Made by a program: the position numbers and the translations under genes. The notes under the pieces were generated by a model that was not told the origin of the DNA, ran no database searches, and saw only the letters and a list, made by a program, of their open reading frames with translations. Of a DNA stretch of 63,232 nucleotides, positions 1 to 10,693 are shown one piece after another. The stretch is from Candidatus Velthaea sp. (lineage in GTDB: Bacteria > Vulcanimicrobiota > Vulcanimicrobiia > Vulcanimicrobiales > Vulcanimicrobiaceae), in the NCBI GenBank assembly GCA_050012475.1, contig JBEKHC010000015.1:1-63232 (forward strand). Direction: 5' to 3'. Each line of letters opens with the position of its first letter. The first letter of the stretch is position 1.

Positions 1-261
1 AATCAACTCCTGCGATGCACTCCACGTGCTGCATCGCAAAACGGTACTTCACGATGAACGGCGGGTCGCCCGGCATTTTGCACGCGGAGATTCGCTGCTC
101 CGCAACGGCGCGCCGATTGCCAGCCGTCCGCCGTTGTAACGGCGCTTGGAAATCTCCGATTTCGTACGAGCGCTCGCCAGGCCGTGCCGTGCAATTTATG
201 CGCGCGAATTCATTCGACGTTCGTAATATGTTCAACGGCGGACGTTACAGTGCGCGCCAGG

Positions 262-486
262 ATGAGAAACAACGAACGCCTCGTCGCGGCTTGGATGGCC
301 TTATCGATCGTCGCGCCGGTGTGCGCAGGGATCGGGCAAATTGCCGGCGCGTCTCCGTGGGCGACTTTCCTACCGATCGTTCTCTTGCTGTCTTATCTTT
401 TCGGCAGCGCGCGCTGCCGCCTGCCGCGCCCTGCGCATGCCTTCGCATCAACCGCGAGCACGATGCCGGGAGGCCGATTCAGATGA
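262..486 (+). CDS. small hypothetical membrane protein
   Basis: ATG at 262; two hydrophobic stretches (LVAAWMALSIVAPVCAGIG, WATFLPIVLLLSYLF); no family recognised. Confidence 0.35.
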   Translation: MRNNERLVAAWMALSIVAPVCAGIGQIAGASPWATFLPIVLLLSYLFGSARCRLPRPAHAFASTASTMPGGRFR

Positions 487-761
487 GTTGCATTCCGCCG
501 CGCAAGGCCGCCGGGCCAGTCGACGCCGAGAATCGTTGGAATGCGAACGTGATCACCGTCGGGACGCACGCGCGCACGCGAGCGGCGCGACTCAATCGCC
601 AGCGCCGCCGGCGCCACTTGAAACTGAGCCGCTGCTCGGGTCGCCGTTACAGCCGGCCGGCGCGGCCGCTCTGGCTCAAGAAGCGCCGCCCCCGGCATCG
701 GCGTTTCTGTTCGATCCGAGCTCGCACCCGACCGTAATGCACCGGCAGGTCGGACTCGATC

Positions 762-1310
762 TTGCCTCCCGCAAGACGATCATCCGCCGCGCACGTAACG
801 CCGCGCCGCGCCCGGTCCGCGGGTCTCGAACGCGGCTGGCTCAAGGCGACCGTGCTGGGCGCGCTGCTCGGCCGCTGCCTGCAATTCAGCGCCGACAGCG
901 GCATCGGCGCGTCGCTGGTTTCCGGCTGGCCGATCGCCGTTCAAATCGGCCTTGGCGCGGTGTTGGGCGCGCTGGTCGGAGCGCTCATGGCAGCTCCGCA
1001 GGCCGTGCTCCTCTCCCGCCGGGTGCCGCGGGCGTGGGCTTGGATCGGCGTCCGGGCAATCGCGTGGTCGATCGCGCTGCCGGCGCTGATGCTGGCGGGG
1101 GCATGGCTGGCAAGCATCTCCGGCAACGGCCTCGGCGCACTGGTTTGCGCCCTGCTGGTCACGTTCGCGCTGATCGGAGCGTTCGTCGGGTCGCTCGAAG
1201 GCGTCGCCCTTGCCGCGCTGCTGCGCATGCCGCCGATTCGTACGTCCGGCTGGATTCCACCGCCGATCGCCTCTCCCGCGGCGCCCCCTTGCTTACAGGT
1301 TCGACAATGA
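762..1310 (+). CDS. hypothetical integral membrane protein (start uncertain)
   Basis: About 4 Gly/Ala/Leu-rich TM segments and a QAVLL..RVPRAWAWI pattern; N-terminus unclear. Confidence 0.5.
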   Translation: MPPARRSSAAHVTPRRARSAGLERGWLKATVLGALLGRCLQFSADSGIGASLVSGWPIAVQIGLGAVLGALVGALMAAPQAVLLSRRVPRAWAWIGVRAIAWSIALPALMLAGAWLASISGNGLGALVCALLVTFALIGAFVGSLEGVALAALLRMPPIRTSGWIPPPIASPAAPPCLQVRQ

Positions 1311-1359
1311 GAGCGCAGGGCAAATGAAATGACGCGCCCGCGCGTTGCCGGGGAGACCA

Positions 1360-1989
1360 ATGAACATCGACTTCATCGAAACACTGCACGCTCTCGACCA
1401 TCTCGACATCCGGGTCGTGCGGGCAGCCTACGCCGATTCGGCCGACAGCGCGATCGCCTTTGCAGCGCGCCGCGACATGCACGATCCGCGCACGACCGCG
1501 ATCGTCTTGAGCCGGACAGACGATGGAAAAGGCGCCCCGGGGACCGGCGCTTTTCCCGCCCTGGCGCTTGCTGATGAAACCGCGATCCGGGCGGCGTTCG
1601 ATGCCCTGATGGCAGCAGCGCCGGCCGGAAGCCGCATCCTGGCCCGCGAGTACGTCGCTCCGGGCACCGACGTCGCGATCGTCGGCCGAACCGAAGCGGG
1701 TCGAAAATACATGGAGTTGCGGGCGGGCGAGCACGGCGTTCGCCGGATGATCCCGCTCACTGAGATCGGCGCCGAGTTGATGGCCGGTCATTTCCTCAGC
1801 CGCGACCACCGCGGATCCGACAAACATCGCCGGCGGATGCTCGAACACCTCACGCTGCGCGCGGCCGAACTTTTCGCGACGGCTGGGATCGATTCGCTCG
1901 TCCTCGATCCGATTCGCCTTCACGAGAACGGCTACACGGTTCTGGGAGCGGCGATCGAAGCCTCAACCGCACTGCACTTCGAGTCGTGA
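1360..1989 (+). CDS. hypothetical protein, possibly a stand-alone degenerate ATP-grasp (acyl-CoA ligase C-terminal-like) domain
   Basis: GGGAGA RBS before ATG; AIRAAFDAL...ILAREYVAPGTDVAI...PLTE...LVLDPIRL resembles the acetate-CoA ligase ATP-grasp domain. Confidence 0.5.
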   Translation: MNIDFIETLHALDHLDIRVVRAAYADSADSAIAFAARRDMHDPRTTAIVLSRTDDGKGAPGTGAFPALALADETAIRAAFDALMAAAPAGSRILAREYVAPGTDVAIVGRTEAGRKYMELRAGEHGVRRMIPLTEIGAELMAGHFLSRDHRGSDKHRRRMLEHLTLRAAELFATAGIDSLVLDPIRLHENGYTVLGAAIEASTALHFES

Positions 1990-2023
1990 GGGAATCGCAC
2001 GCGGCGCGGGCAAAGCGTGAAGC

Positions 2024-2305
2024 ATGGAAGGCATGCTCTCGCCTGAAGCCGCGGCAGCAATCTGCGAGCACATGAACGAGGATCATGCCGATGCCGTCGT
2101 TGCGTACGCGCGCGCATACGGCAACGTCACGAGCGCCCGGACGGCCGAACTCGTCGCGCTGGATGCACGGGCGATGGAGCTTTCGGTCGACACGGGCGCC
2201 CAACGAATCGTGGTCAGCATCGCGTTCGATCACGCCCTCGCCGGCAAAGACGACGCGCGCGAAACGCTCGTGCGCATGGCCCGAGAGGCGCAGCGGGCCG
2301 GCTGA
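2024..2305 (+). CDS. DUF2470-domain protein (HugZ-associated domain)
   Basis: ICEHMNEDHADAV..YAR.YG motif; C-terminal ARETLVRMAREA. Confidence 0.85.
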   Translation: MEGMLSPEAAAAICEHMNEDHADAVVAYARAYGNVTSARTAELVALDARAMELSVDTGAQRIVVSIAFDHALAGKDDARETLVRMAREAQRAG

Positions 2306-2306
2306 G

Positions 2307-2903
2307 ATGAGTTGGCCGGCGGCGGTCACGCTGAGCGGCGAGACGGTCGTGCTCGAGTTGCTTTGCGCCCGGCACCACGACGATCTCGTCGCCGCGACCC
2401 GCGACGGCGACCTCTTCAACATCTGGTATACCAGCGTTCCGGCGCCGGAGGCGATGGCGGCCGAAATCGAACGGCGGCTCGCGCTCTTCGAGCACGGTAC
2501 GATGCTGCCGTTTGCGGTCATCGAGCGCTCGACCGGAATCGCCGTCGGCATGACCTCCTATATGAACGTCGATCCGGCCGCGCTGCGCGTCGAGATCGGC
2601 TCGACGTGGTATCGCAAGCGGGTGCAGGGAACGGCGCTCAATACCGAGTGCAAGTTGCTGCTGCTCGCGCACGCTTTCGAGGCACTCGACTGCATCGCGG
2701 TCGAGTTTCGCACGGCGACGCACAACCGGCAAAGCCGGCGCGCGATCGAACGGCTCGGCGCAAAGCTCGACGGCATACTGCGCAGTCATCAGCGGTTTGC
2801 CAACGGGACGCTGCGCGACAGCTGCGTGTACAGCGTCGTCGCGGCGGAGTGGCCAGCCGTGCGCGCCGGTCTGATCTACGAGCTGACGCGCCCGCGCAGC
2901 TGA
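2307..2903 (+). CDS. GNAT family N-acetyltransferase (RimJ/RimL-like)
   Basis: VEIGSTWY...QGTALNTECKLLLLAHAFE, NRQSRRAIERLGAKLDGILR motifs. Confidence 0.9.
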   Translation: MSWPAAVTLSGETVVLELLCARHHDDLVAATRDGDLFNIWYTSVPAPEAMAAEIERRLALFEHGTMLPFAVIERSTGIAVGMTSYMNVDPAALRVEIGSTWYRKRVQGTALNTECKLLLLAHAFEALDCIAVEFRTATHNRQSRRAIERLGAKLDGILRSHQRFANGTLRDSCVYSVVAAEWPAVRAGLIYELTRPRS

Positions 2904-2989
2904 CGCACCCGCTCGCTCGGCGCGCACGTCCACCGACGGGCGGCTTGGGCGAAACTCAACCGCGAAGAAAAGCGCATCGCTGCAATCCG

Positions 2990-3343
2990 TCAGCCCACTT
3001 TGAGTGGATCGTGGCCCCAATTCTTGAGGCTATCCGCCCAGTGGGTCGCATGCACGTCGCCGCTGGGCCGTTGCGCGAGATGCCGTTTGATAGAGCCGAC
3101 CACCCGGTGCATCGCACGCAGATCGGCATCGTTCCATATGCCTTTCTTTTTGCGTAAGATCTTGACGATGTGCCGGCCCGACGCGTGACCGGTCGATTCA
3201 CCGCCCTGCGGCGGCTTCGCGCCTACCTCACGCGACTGGTCGGCCTGCAGCCACGCTTCGAGCTCGTGCGGCGTCATGTTGACCAGCTGCGCGAAGGCCG
3301 CGGTGATGGGATCCTCAGCTAGAGCCGAAGCGCGCGTCGTCAT
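2990..3343 (-). CDS. DUF3140 domain-containing protein
   Basis: F..LVNMTP.ELE.WL...ESTGH.SGR.IV.IL...SLKNWGHDP signature. Confidence 0.85.
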   Translation of the reverse strand: MTTRASALAEDPITAAFAQLVNMTPHELEAWLQADQSREVGAKPPQGGESTGHASGRHIVKILRKKKGIWNDADLRAMHRVVGSIKRHLAQRPSGDVHATHWADSLKNWGHDPLKVG

Positions 3344-3420
3344 TTCAAGACGTCTTGCCGCCTAGCGCGCGGCGCGAAACGCGCCGTTGCGCCGCACCGG
3401 CCGGCGGCCGCCCCGTTCTG

Positions 3421-5466
3421 TCACGCCGCTCGGCCGTCGGGTGCCTCGATGATGCCGGCGGGCTCGAGCACGATGTCGGTCGGAATCTCGGTATAGGCAA
3501 AGACGTCGATGTGGAAGCCGGTTTGCTCGAAAAATTCGGCCAGCATGGGCCGCAGCGCGGCGGTCGCAACGATCGCATGCGGACCGGGAACGGGTTCTTC
3601 GAGATAGCCGGCGATGCGCGTTCGCACGTGCATCGTCGTAACGGGATCGGGTGCCAAACCTCCGGCCGGGCTCCACATCCGGACGAGTTCACTCTCGAAC
3701 TGGGGGGCGAAGATCAGCGGCCGGATCCGGTGGATGCCGTCGCGGCGAAACTGCTGCGGAACGACGACGCGGCGCGCAGCCTCGGCAAGTTCGCGCGGAT
3801 CGCGCGAACCCGCTGCAGCGTCGAGAATCGTTTCGAAGACGGCGATGGGGTCACGCGGCCAAATGCGCTCCTTGAGCAGATGGGTGAAGACCCGGTGGGC
3901 CGCCGCGATCGGCAGGACGTCTCCGCCGATATCTTTGACCACCGACGGGACGCTCGCGCGCAGATGCTCGAGGAGCGTATGAAACTCCTGACGGCCGAGC
4001 AGTTCGGCGGCATGACGCCGGACGATTTCCGACAGATGTGAGCCGACAATCGAAATTGCGTCGAAGGTGAGCGCGCCGGCCTGCGTGGCGGTGTCGCGCT
4101 GAGCATAGTCGAGCCACTTCGCGTTCAAGCCGTACACGGGCTCGACGGTATCTTCGCCGGGAAGTCGAGCCAAAGTTGCCGGCCGGCCGACGGCCAGCAG
4201 CCGATCGAGCCGCACGATCCCTTCGCCGGCAACGCGGTCGCGAACCCGGATCGCGTAGGTGCGCGGATCGCGCACGCCGTCGTCGCGCAAGCGCACGCCG
4301 GGGATGACGATGCCCAATTCGGCAGCCAGCGCGCGCCGCACGTCGGCGACGCGATCCAGCAGTGCGTCGGCATTGGGCGGTGCGAGCAAGCCGTACAAAT
4401 CGCTGCCGACGTCGATCGACAGCGCATCGACGCCGACGAGCGCCAGCGCCATCTCGGGTCGCCGGATCGCGACCTTGCGGGCCTGCTCGCCAGCGGCGCT
4501 CGCGCGGGCGGCGATCCGCGCGTTGCGCCGTTGGGCGAAGTGCGCGCCGGCAAACGCGCACGCGCCGATCCCGATGAACAGCGGCGCGGGCAATGCCGGA
4601 ACGAGCCCGAGCAAGGTCACGAGCACGGCCGCCGAGCGCAGCACGTCCGGCCGGCCGATGAGCTGGCGCGCGAGATCGGTGCCCAGCGCGCCGTCGCCGG
4701 CTACCCGCGTGACCATCATCCCCATCGCCGTCGAGATCAGGAATGCCGGCAGTGTGGTCACGAGCGCGTTGCCGATCGACAGCAGCGCGAAGGTCGCGAA
4801 AGCATCGCCCGGCGAGAGCTCGTGATAGGCAATCCCGACGACGATTCCGCCGATCAGGTTGAGCGCCACGATCGCCAACGCGGCGATCGCGTCGCCCTTG
4901 ACGAACTTCCCGGCGCCGTCCATCGCGGCGTAGAAATCGGCCTCGCGCTGCACCCGGGCGCGCTTGCGGCGCGCGCCGTCGGCGTCGAGCACGCCGGCGT
5001 GCACGTCGGCATCGATCGCCATTTGCTTGCCAGGCATCGCGTCGAGCGTGAAGCGCGCGCAGACTTCGGCGACGCGCTGCGCGCCCGTCGCGATCACGAT
5101 GAATTGAATGATGATCAAAATCGCAAAGACGATCAACCCGACGACGATATTGCCGCGCACTACGAACTGCCCGAACGCCGGGATGATGGCGCCAACGCCG
5201 CCCTCGAGGTGCCCCTGCGTCAAGATCAAGCGCGTTGCGCTCACGTCGAGCGCCAGCCGGAACAGCGTCGCGAGCAAGAGCGACGGCGCGAAGGCGGAAA
5301 ACTCGAGCGGCTCCTCCACCCGCAGCGTCAGCAACAGCACCAGGGCAGAGCCGAAAATGTTGAGCGCCAGCAGGGCGTCGAGCATGACCGGCGGCAGCGG
5401 AACGATCAAAATCGCGACGATTCCCAGCACGCCGAAGGCAAACGCCGACGTCAACTTGCCGTTCAT
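3421..5466 (-). CDS. flhA: flagellar-type export gate protein FlhA (SctV family)
   Basis: RVAEV.ARFTLDAMPGKQMAIDAD and EADFY.AMDGA.KFVKGDAIA motifs; TM N-terminus plus cytoplasmic domain. Confidence 0.95.
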   Translation of the reverse strand: MNGKLTSAFAFGVLGIVAILIVPLPPVMLDALLALNIFGSALVLLLTLRVEEPLEFSAFAPSLLLATLFRLALDVSATRLILTQGHLEGGVGAIIPAFGQFVVRGNIVVGLIVFAILIIIQFIVIATGAQRVAEVCARFTLDAMPGKQMAIDADVHAGVLDADGARRKRARVQREADFYAAMDGAGKFVKGDAIAALAIVALNLIGGIVVGIAYHELSPGDAFATFALLSIGNALVTTLPAFLISTAMGMMVTRVAGDGALGTDLARQLIGRPDVLRSAAVLVTLLGLVPALPAPLFIGIGACAFAGAHFAQRRNARIAARASAAGEQARKVAIRRPEMALALVGVDALSIDVGSDLYGLLAPPNADALLDRVADVRRALAAELGIVIPGVRLRDDGVRDPRTYAIRVRDRVAGEGIVRLDRLLAVGRPATLARLPGEDTVEPVYGLNAKWLDYAQRDTATQAGALTFDAISIVGSHLSEIVRRHAAELLGRQEFHTLLEHLRASVPSVVKDIGGDVLPIAAAHRVFTHLLKERIWPRDPIAVFETILDAAAGSRDPRELAEAARRVVVPQQFRRDGIHRIRPLIFAPQFESELVRMWSPAGGLAPDPVTTMHVRTRIAGYLEEPVPGPHAIVATAALRPMLAEFFEQTGFHIDVFAYTEIPTDIVLEPAGIIEAPDGRAA

Positions 5467-6485
5467 GCGAACACCCCTTCGCGAGCGAGCGCGGCGATGA
5501 CGCGGGCAACCGCTACGAACGTCGCCGTCGGGATCGTGCGGCCGGCCTCACCTTGCGCATACAGCGCGCGGGCAAGCGCGACGTTTTCGACGATCGGAAT
5601 GCGGTGCCGGCGCGCGATCGATTTTACGTTTTGCGCCGTTTCGTCGGCCGCGCGCACCAGAATCTCGGGCACGGCGATGCTCGGCGGCGCGTAGCGGACC
5701 GCGATCGCAATGTGCGTCGGATTGACGACCACGAACGACGCATCTTTGGTGCGCTCGATCGACCCGCGCACCAGCGTGCGGTGCAGCGTCTTGCGCCGTG
5801 CGCGAGCGTTGGGATCGCCATCGTTTTCTTTTTGATCGCGCCGCATTTCTTCGAACGACATCTTGAGTTCCCGCAGCCAGCGGCGGCGCACGAGCGCGTA
5901 GTCGACGACGGCGAAGCACGCACCGGCCGCGATCGCCGCCCAGCACGCGTGCTGCGCGGCATCCAACGCCAATGCGCCGAACGCGCCGGCACCGCTCAGG
6001 GTGGTCGAGCGGGCGAACAATTCGCGCACGATCGGGGCCAACGCCAGCGTGACGGTCGCGAACGCGATGACGGCCCGCAGTGCACCCACGAGGGCTTCGG
6101 CGCCGAGCATCCGCTTCAAGCCCGCGACCGGATTGAGCCGCGCGAACTCGAGCTTGGGCGGCGTCAGCCGCAATCCGCCGGACTGCAGCACCCCCGCCGT
6201 CAGCGCTCCCGCCGCTGCAGCGCACGCCGGAATGAGGCTCAGGCCCAACGCCGTACCCAGTTCGGCCGGGAGCCGTCGAGGATCGGGCTGCGCTGCGGCA
6301 CCGCCGAGCGCGCGTGCTGCGGCAACACCGATTGCCGGTACAACGGCGAACGCGGCGAGTGCAGCGCCGGCGAACGCCGCGCTGCCGCCGATCTCGGTCG
6401 AGCGGGGGACATTGCCCTCGCGCTTGGCTTTCTGCTTGCGCGCCGGTGTCGGCTCGAAGTTCTTTTGCCCGCGGTCGGCGCTCAT
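5463..6485 (-). CDS. flhB: export switch protein FlhB (SctU family)
   Basis: N-terminal EPTP.R..KA.REG.VPRS.E; intact NPTH autocleavage motif; overlaps the flhA start. Confidence 0.95.
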   Translation of the reverse strand: MSADRGQKNFEPTPARKQKAKREGNVPRSTEIGGSAAFAGAALAAFAVVPAIGVAAARALGGAAAQPDPRRLPAELGTALGLSLIPACAAAAGALTAGVLQSGGLRLTPPKLEFARLNPVAGLKRMLGAEALVGALRAVIAFATVTLALAPIVRELFARSTTLSGAGAFGALALDAAQHACWAAIAAGACFAVVDYALVRRRWLRELKMSFEEMRRDQKENDGDPNARARRKTLHRTLVRGSIERTKDASFVVVNPTHIAIAVRYAPPSIAVPEILVRAADETAQNVKSIARRHRIPIVENVALARALYAQGEAGRTIPTATFVAVARVIAALAREGVFA

Positions 6486-7201
6486 GGCCGCCCGCCGTAA
6501 GGCACGAGCATGAGCGGATGCGCGGCCAGCGGTCCATACAGCGGAAGCGTTGCGATCGCAACGAGCAGCGCCGCGGCGAAGACGATTGGGAATGAGAGCG
6601 TAAAGCTCGAGAACCGCGGGACGACGCGTGTCACCGCCGCCAACGCGATTTGCACGACCGCGGCAACCGCGATCCCCGGCGCCGCGACGAGCAGCGCCGT
6701 TTTGGCGATCGTCTGCGGCAAGGCCAGCGCAAAACGGTACCACGACTCGCTCCCGATCAGCGCGCCGGCGCCCACGTGATCGAAGCTTTCGGCAAACGCG
6801 CGAATGACGACGGCATCGCCGTCGAGCAAAAAGAATCCGGCCAAGAACAGCGCCGACCATAAGCGGCCGAAGCCTTGCGCTGAGGTGACGGCCGCGTTGG
6901 GCACGCTGCCGCGAAAGCCGACATAGTCGTCGATCATGCGACCGCCGTAGTACGCTCCGTCGTACAGCAGCGACGCGCCGATTCCGATCGCGGCGCCGAT
7001 GGCGACTTCACCCGCGACGGCGAGACCCAAGAGCGCGGGGTCCAGCTCGCGATGAACCGCGATCGCCGGCGTGATGCCTAGGGCGAGGGCAAGCGCGAGC
7101 GCGAGCCGGACAATCATCGGCACCGCCGGATGGGTGAAACCGGGGGCGCGAAACATCAATCCCGCGCTGCGCGCGAACACCAGCAACGTCGTCTGCGTCA
7201 T
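6482..7201 (-). CDS. fliR: export apparatus protein FliR
   Basis: LVFAR..G.....P.F....VP..VR pattern, multi-TM, lies between fliQ and flhB. Confidence 0.9.
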   Translation of the reverse strand: MTQTTLLVFARSAGLMFRAPGFTHPAVPMIVRLALALALALGITPAIAVHRELDPALLGLAVAGEVAIGAAIGIGASLLYDGAYYGGRMIDDYVGFRGSVPNAAVTSAQGFGRLWSALFLAGFFLLDGDAVVIRAFAESFDHVGAGALIGSESWYRFALALPQTIAKTALLVAAPGIAVAAVVQIALAAVTRVVPRFSSFTLSFPIVFAAALLVAIATLPLYGPLAAHPLMLVPYGGRP

Positions 7202-7467
7202 CCGCCGTGGACCAGCGCCGGGATGCGCGCAAGCACGTCGGCGAACAACCGCGCGCACAGGTTCATGCCGAACCCCCCGAACAGTGCGAGCGCCGCGCCG
7301 ACCGCGATGACTTTGGGCAGCAGCGTGAGGGTTTGTTCCTGCACCTGGGTCGCCGCCTGGACGATCGCGACCGCCGCGCCGACGATTGTCGCCAACCCCA
7401 AGATCGGCAGGACCAGGATCGCGGTGACGATCAGCGCTTCGCGCAGCAGGATTGCGAATTCGGCCAC
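7198..7467 (-). CDS. fliQ: export apparatus protein FliQ
   Basis: QAATQVQEQTLTLLPK motif; 89 aa. Confidence 0.95.
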   Translation of the reverse strand: MAEFAILLREALIVTAILVLPILGLATIVGAAVAIVQAATQVQEQTLTLLPKVIAVGAALALFGGFGMNLCARLFADVLARIPALVHGG

Positions 7468-7523
7468 GTCCCAATCATGCCGGTTCGCGCTGACCGAATT
7501 AGCGCCGGATTGTTACGCGGCGA

Positions 7524-9602
7524 TTACCCCGCAGCCGGCCCGGCGCCGTCTTCGAACCGTGCGAAGCAGTTGCGCCCGCGTTCTTTGGCCCGGTACATCG
7601 CGATGTCGGCGTTGCGCACGAGCCCGGCGGCATCGGACGAATCGCTCGGATACACGGCGACGCCGACGCTCGCCGTGCACCGTATCTCGTGCCCTTCGAC
7701 CGAGAGCGGCTCGGCGATCGCCGCCAGAATCTTCCCGGCGACGAAATCGGCGTCGTCGGGTTTCGCCAGTTCCGGCAAGATGACGACAAATTCGTCGCCG
7801 CCCAATCGGCCCACGATATCGCCATGCCGAACGCAAGAGCGCATCCGCACGGCGGCCGTTTGTAACACCCGATCGCCGGCGAGATGGCCCAGCGTATCGT
7901 TGTACGACTTGAAATGATCGAGGTCGACGAACACGAGGGCGAGGATGCTGTCGTCGCGCTGGGCTTCGATCAGCAGGCGCGCGAGCGTTTCGTCGATTCC
8001 GGCCCGGTTGGGCAATTGCGTGAGCGGGTCGTGGTTGGCGGCGTGACGCAGCCGTTCTTCGGCCCGGCGGTGTTTGAGCATCTGCGAACGCTCGATGATC
8101 CGCTCGCGGAGACGCCGCGCACTATCGTGATCTTGTGCCGACCAGCGCGCACTTTGGCCGCGAACGGTTTCTTGCCACAGACGAAACGACGTGCGCGGAT
8201 GCAGCTTACCTGCGACCTCGGTGACCGGCACGCGCATGTCGCCGCCCCAATCGATCGACTTGACGACTTCTTCCCGAAAGCACAGCAGATACTCGTCGCC
8301 GCGTTCGGACAGCCGGATGAGCAGCGCACCGCACGCCCCTTGGTCACGGAGCGCGACTTCGGGCACGATCGTCGCCAGCTGGCTGCTCGCTGCAACGCCG
8401 TCTTCGGCGCCATACTGCAGCCCGGCGGCGATCGACCCGACCGATGCGTCATCGGGCACCGCGCCCAACCGTCTGAGCGTTCCGTCCACCGAAAAAGCCA
8501 GCCCCTGCGCGGCGAAGAGTTCGAGAAGCACCTGCGCGTCGGCCATCAAACCCTCCCCGAGTTCTTCGATCGATGCCAAGGTGCGGGTGTATGTACCGAT
8601 GAGCGTGTAGGCCGATAATTTGCGCTGCGCGTCTTCGTTCATCAAGCGCGAACCCAGCTGCCAGGACAGCATCCGGCCGAAAAACTCGCAGGAAGCGCGG
8701 GTGACGTAATCGACGCGCCGCGGTTGCCGATGATGACATGCGATGAGCCCCCACAACCGGCCCTCAACGATCAGCGAGACCGTCAAGCTGCCGCTCACGC
8801 CCATGTTGCGCAAGTACTCGAGGTGGACCGGCGAGACGCTGCGCAACACCGCGCGAGACAGGTCGACGGGCTGTCCCGTGCGCGGTTCGCGTTCGGGAAC
8901 GAGCGGCGCAGGAACGTATCCGGCATCCGCGACCACCCGCAGCGGGTTTGCCAGATAGAGCCGGCGCGCTTGTTCGGGAATGTCGCTGGCCGGAAAACGC
9001 AAGCCGAGGTAGGCCACCGGCAAACCGCCGTTCGTCGATTCCGCAATGACGTCGCCGTGCCAATCCTCATCGAAGCGGTAGATCAGTGCCCGATCGAACC
9101 CGCTGATGAGGCGCATTGCGTCCGCCGCATTGCGGACCAGCGTCGCAATATCGGGGGCGCGTTCCATTTGTTCGATCGGCGTGCGGACGTGCGCGAATGC
9201 GTCGAACGGATTCGGGCTCGACGAAGGTTCGTACCGTTCGAGTTCGACGATCACGACGTTGCCCGAGCGATGCAGCACGCATTCGAATTCGGCGAGCAGC
9301 GGACCCCGGCCCAGCACGAAACGCGGCGGGCTTGCGAGCGCGCGAGATTCTTCATGCAGCAAGCGTTCCAGCCGTTCGGTCTCGCCGGCGCCGAGCACCG
9401 TCGCGACGTGCGTCCCGAGCACGCCTGCGACCGGAAAACCCAGCAATGTTTCGATATTGGCGCTGACCTGCAATACGACGAGCTCGGGATCGCTGAGCAC
9501 GAACAGGACGCCGTGAGGCTGAATGCTTCCCGGAATGTGAATCGGCTCCTGAGCGCAGCGCGATTTATCGACGGGAGCCGTCGCGGATCCGTTCACGGTC
9601 AA
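7524..9602 (-). CDS. bphP: bacteriophytochrome-diguanylate cyclase (PAS-GAF-PHY-GGDEF)
   Basis: N-terminal biliverdin-binding Cys (CAQEPIHIPGSIQPHG), PASDIP, SPVHLEYL, PRTSF tongue, GGDEF A-site with RHGD I-site. Confidence 0.95.
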   Translation of the reverse strand: MTVNGSATAPVDKSRCAQEPIHIPGSIQPHGVLFVLSDPELVVLQVSANIETLLGFPVAGVLGTHVATVLGAGETERLERLLHEESRALASPPRFVLGRGPLLAEFECVLHRSGNVVIVELERYEPSSSPNPFDAFAHVRTPIEQMERAPDIATLVRNAADAMRLISGFDRALIYRFDEDWHGDVIAESTNGGLPVAYLGLRFPASDIPEQARRLYLANPLRVVADAGYVPAPLVPEREPRTGQPVDLSRAVLRSVSPVHLEYLRNMGVSGSLTVSLIVEGRLWGLIACHHRQPRRVDYVTRASCEFFGRMLSWQLGSRLMNEDAQRKLSAYTLIGTYTRTLASIEELGEGLMADAQVLLELFAAQGLAFSVDGTLRRLGAVPDDASVGSIAAGLQYGAEDGVAASSQLATIVPEVALRDQGACGALLIRLSERGDEYLLCFREEVVKSIDWGGDMRVPVTEVAGKLHPRTSFRLWQETVRGQSARWSAQDHDSARRLRERIIERSQMLKHRRAEERLRHAANHDPLTQLPNRAGIDETLARLLIEAQRDDSILALVFVDLDHFKSYNDTLGHLAGDRVLQTAAVRMRSCVRHGDIVGRLGGDEFVVILPELAKPDDADFVAGKILAAIAEPLSVEGHEIRCTASVGVAVYPSDSSDAAGLVRNADIAMYRAKERGRNCFARFEDGAGPAAG

Positions 9603-9704
9603 GCCGTCCGCACGGTTCCGGTGTTGTCGCTACGAAGATCAGCGCTCATCATTGCATCTCTTCGTGAAATGTTTCGCCCGATGCTTTTCACGGCGAGTGA
9701 AAGG

Positions 9705-10367
9705 TTAATGCTGCGTCGTGACGAGGCCGATGTCGCCGCCGGCAGAGGCCGGTTCGCTCAGCCAAGCGGCCATCGCGTCGAACGCCGCGCACGCGGCGGC
9801 ACACACTTCATCGACGTCGCCGGCGGCATCATTCAATACGCCGCAGAAGCGCCGCCAGTTGTCCGCGGTCCGCGCACCATCGCCGGCGAAGAAGCGCAGC
9901 GGTACGGCGGCGCGATCGGCAAACACGCGCGAGAGATGCTTGCAAATAACGCGTCCGCCGAGGGTCGAACCTTCGAAGACGTAGGCACAGCCGAGCGCGC
10001 GATCGGGTGTATCCAGCGGCGGCAGACGGCGGCAGCGGGTCAGGCCGGCGAGGTTGGCTTGCATCAAGCCGAGATCCAGCAAATCGCGGCGCAGCAGCTC
10101 GGTGCGCTCCGCCATGCGGACGCCCCACTCCCGGGCGAAATCGTGCGCGAGCAGCACCTGTCCGAGCGGTTCGTAGATGCCATACATCCGCTCCAGCGTG
10201 CGGGAGTATTCGGCTCGCGTGATGTCGCCGGCCAACAACCGCGGCTGCAGCGCTTCAAGGTTGCGATGACTCGCGCGGGTCGCACCGCGCAGGGTCTCAA
10301 GCACGCTTGGGATGGCGGTTGCGCAGACGGGCGAAACGTCAGCGCTGTTCACGGCGTCCCGATCCAT
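9705..10367 (-). CDS. bphO: biliverdin-producing heme oxygenase
   Basis: LR.AT...H..LE, G.AYV.EGSTLGGRVI, W..F motifs; directly upstream of the phytochrome. Confidence 0.9.
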   Translation of the reverse strand: MDRDAVNSADVSPVCATAIPSVLETLRGATRASHRNLEALQPRLLAGDITRAEYSRTLERMYGIYEPLGQVLLAHDFAREWGVRMAERTELLRRDLLDLGLMQANLAGLTRCRRLPPLDTPDRALGCAYVFEGSTLGGRVICKHLSRVFADRAAVPLRFFAGDGARTADNWRRFCGVLNDAAGDVDEVCAAACAAFDAMAAWLSEPASAGGDIGLVTTQH

Positions 10368-10693
10368 GACAAAGACAACGCGCCGGCTCCGCTGCAAGCC
10401 GGCACCGCGATCGAAGACGACGACGTCATACTCGAAGCGATTGCACCGCGTCTGTTTCGCACCTGCCCGTTCGACTCCCGAATCCTGGGAGCGTCGTTAC
10501 CCGAACCCGGCGCCGCATCGACCGCCGATTCTTTACCCGTGCTTTGCAAAGACCCGCGCAACAAATTACTGCGGTTCCCAGCGGCTCGCCGGCGCCGCGC
10601 CCCAACTCTCCGGCTTGCGGCGTAGCCGCACACGCGACGGATTCAAGGGGGTTCATTCGTTCGGATTCGTCGAGCGAAGCCGAGACGAATCCA

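Noticed and set aside
1..760. Overlapping ORFs 15-737 and 341-1327 as genes or a frameshifted gene
   Set aside because: Low-complexity Arg/Pro-rich translations with no recognisable motif; no call can be supported.
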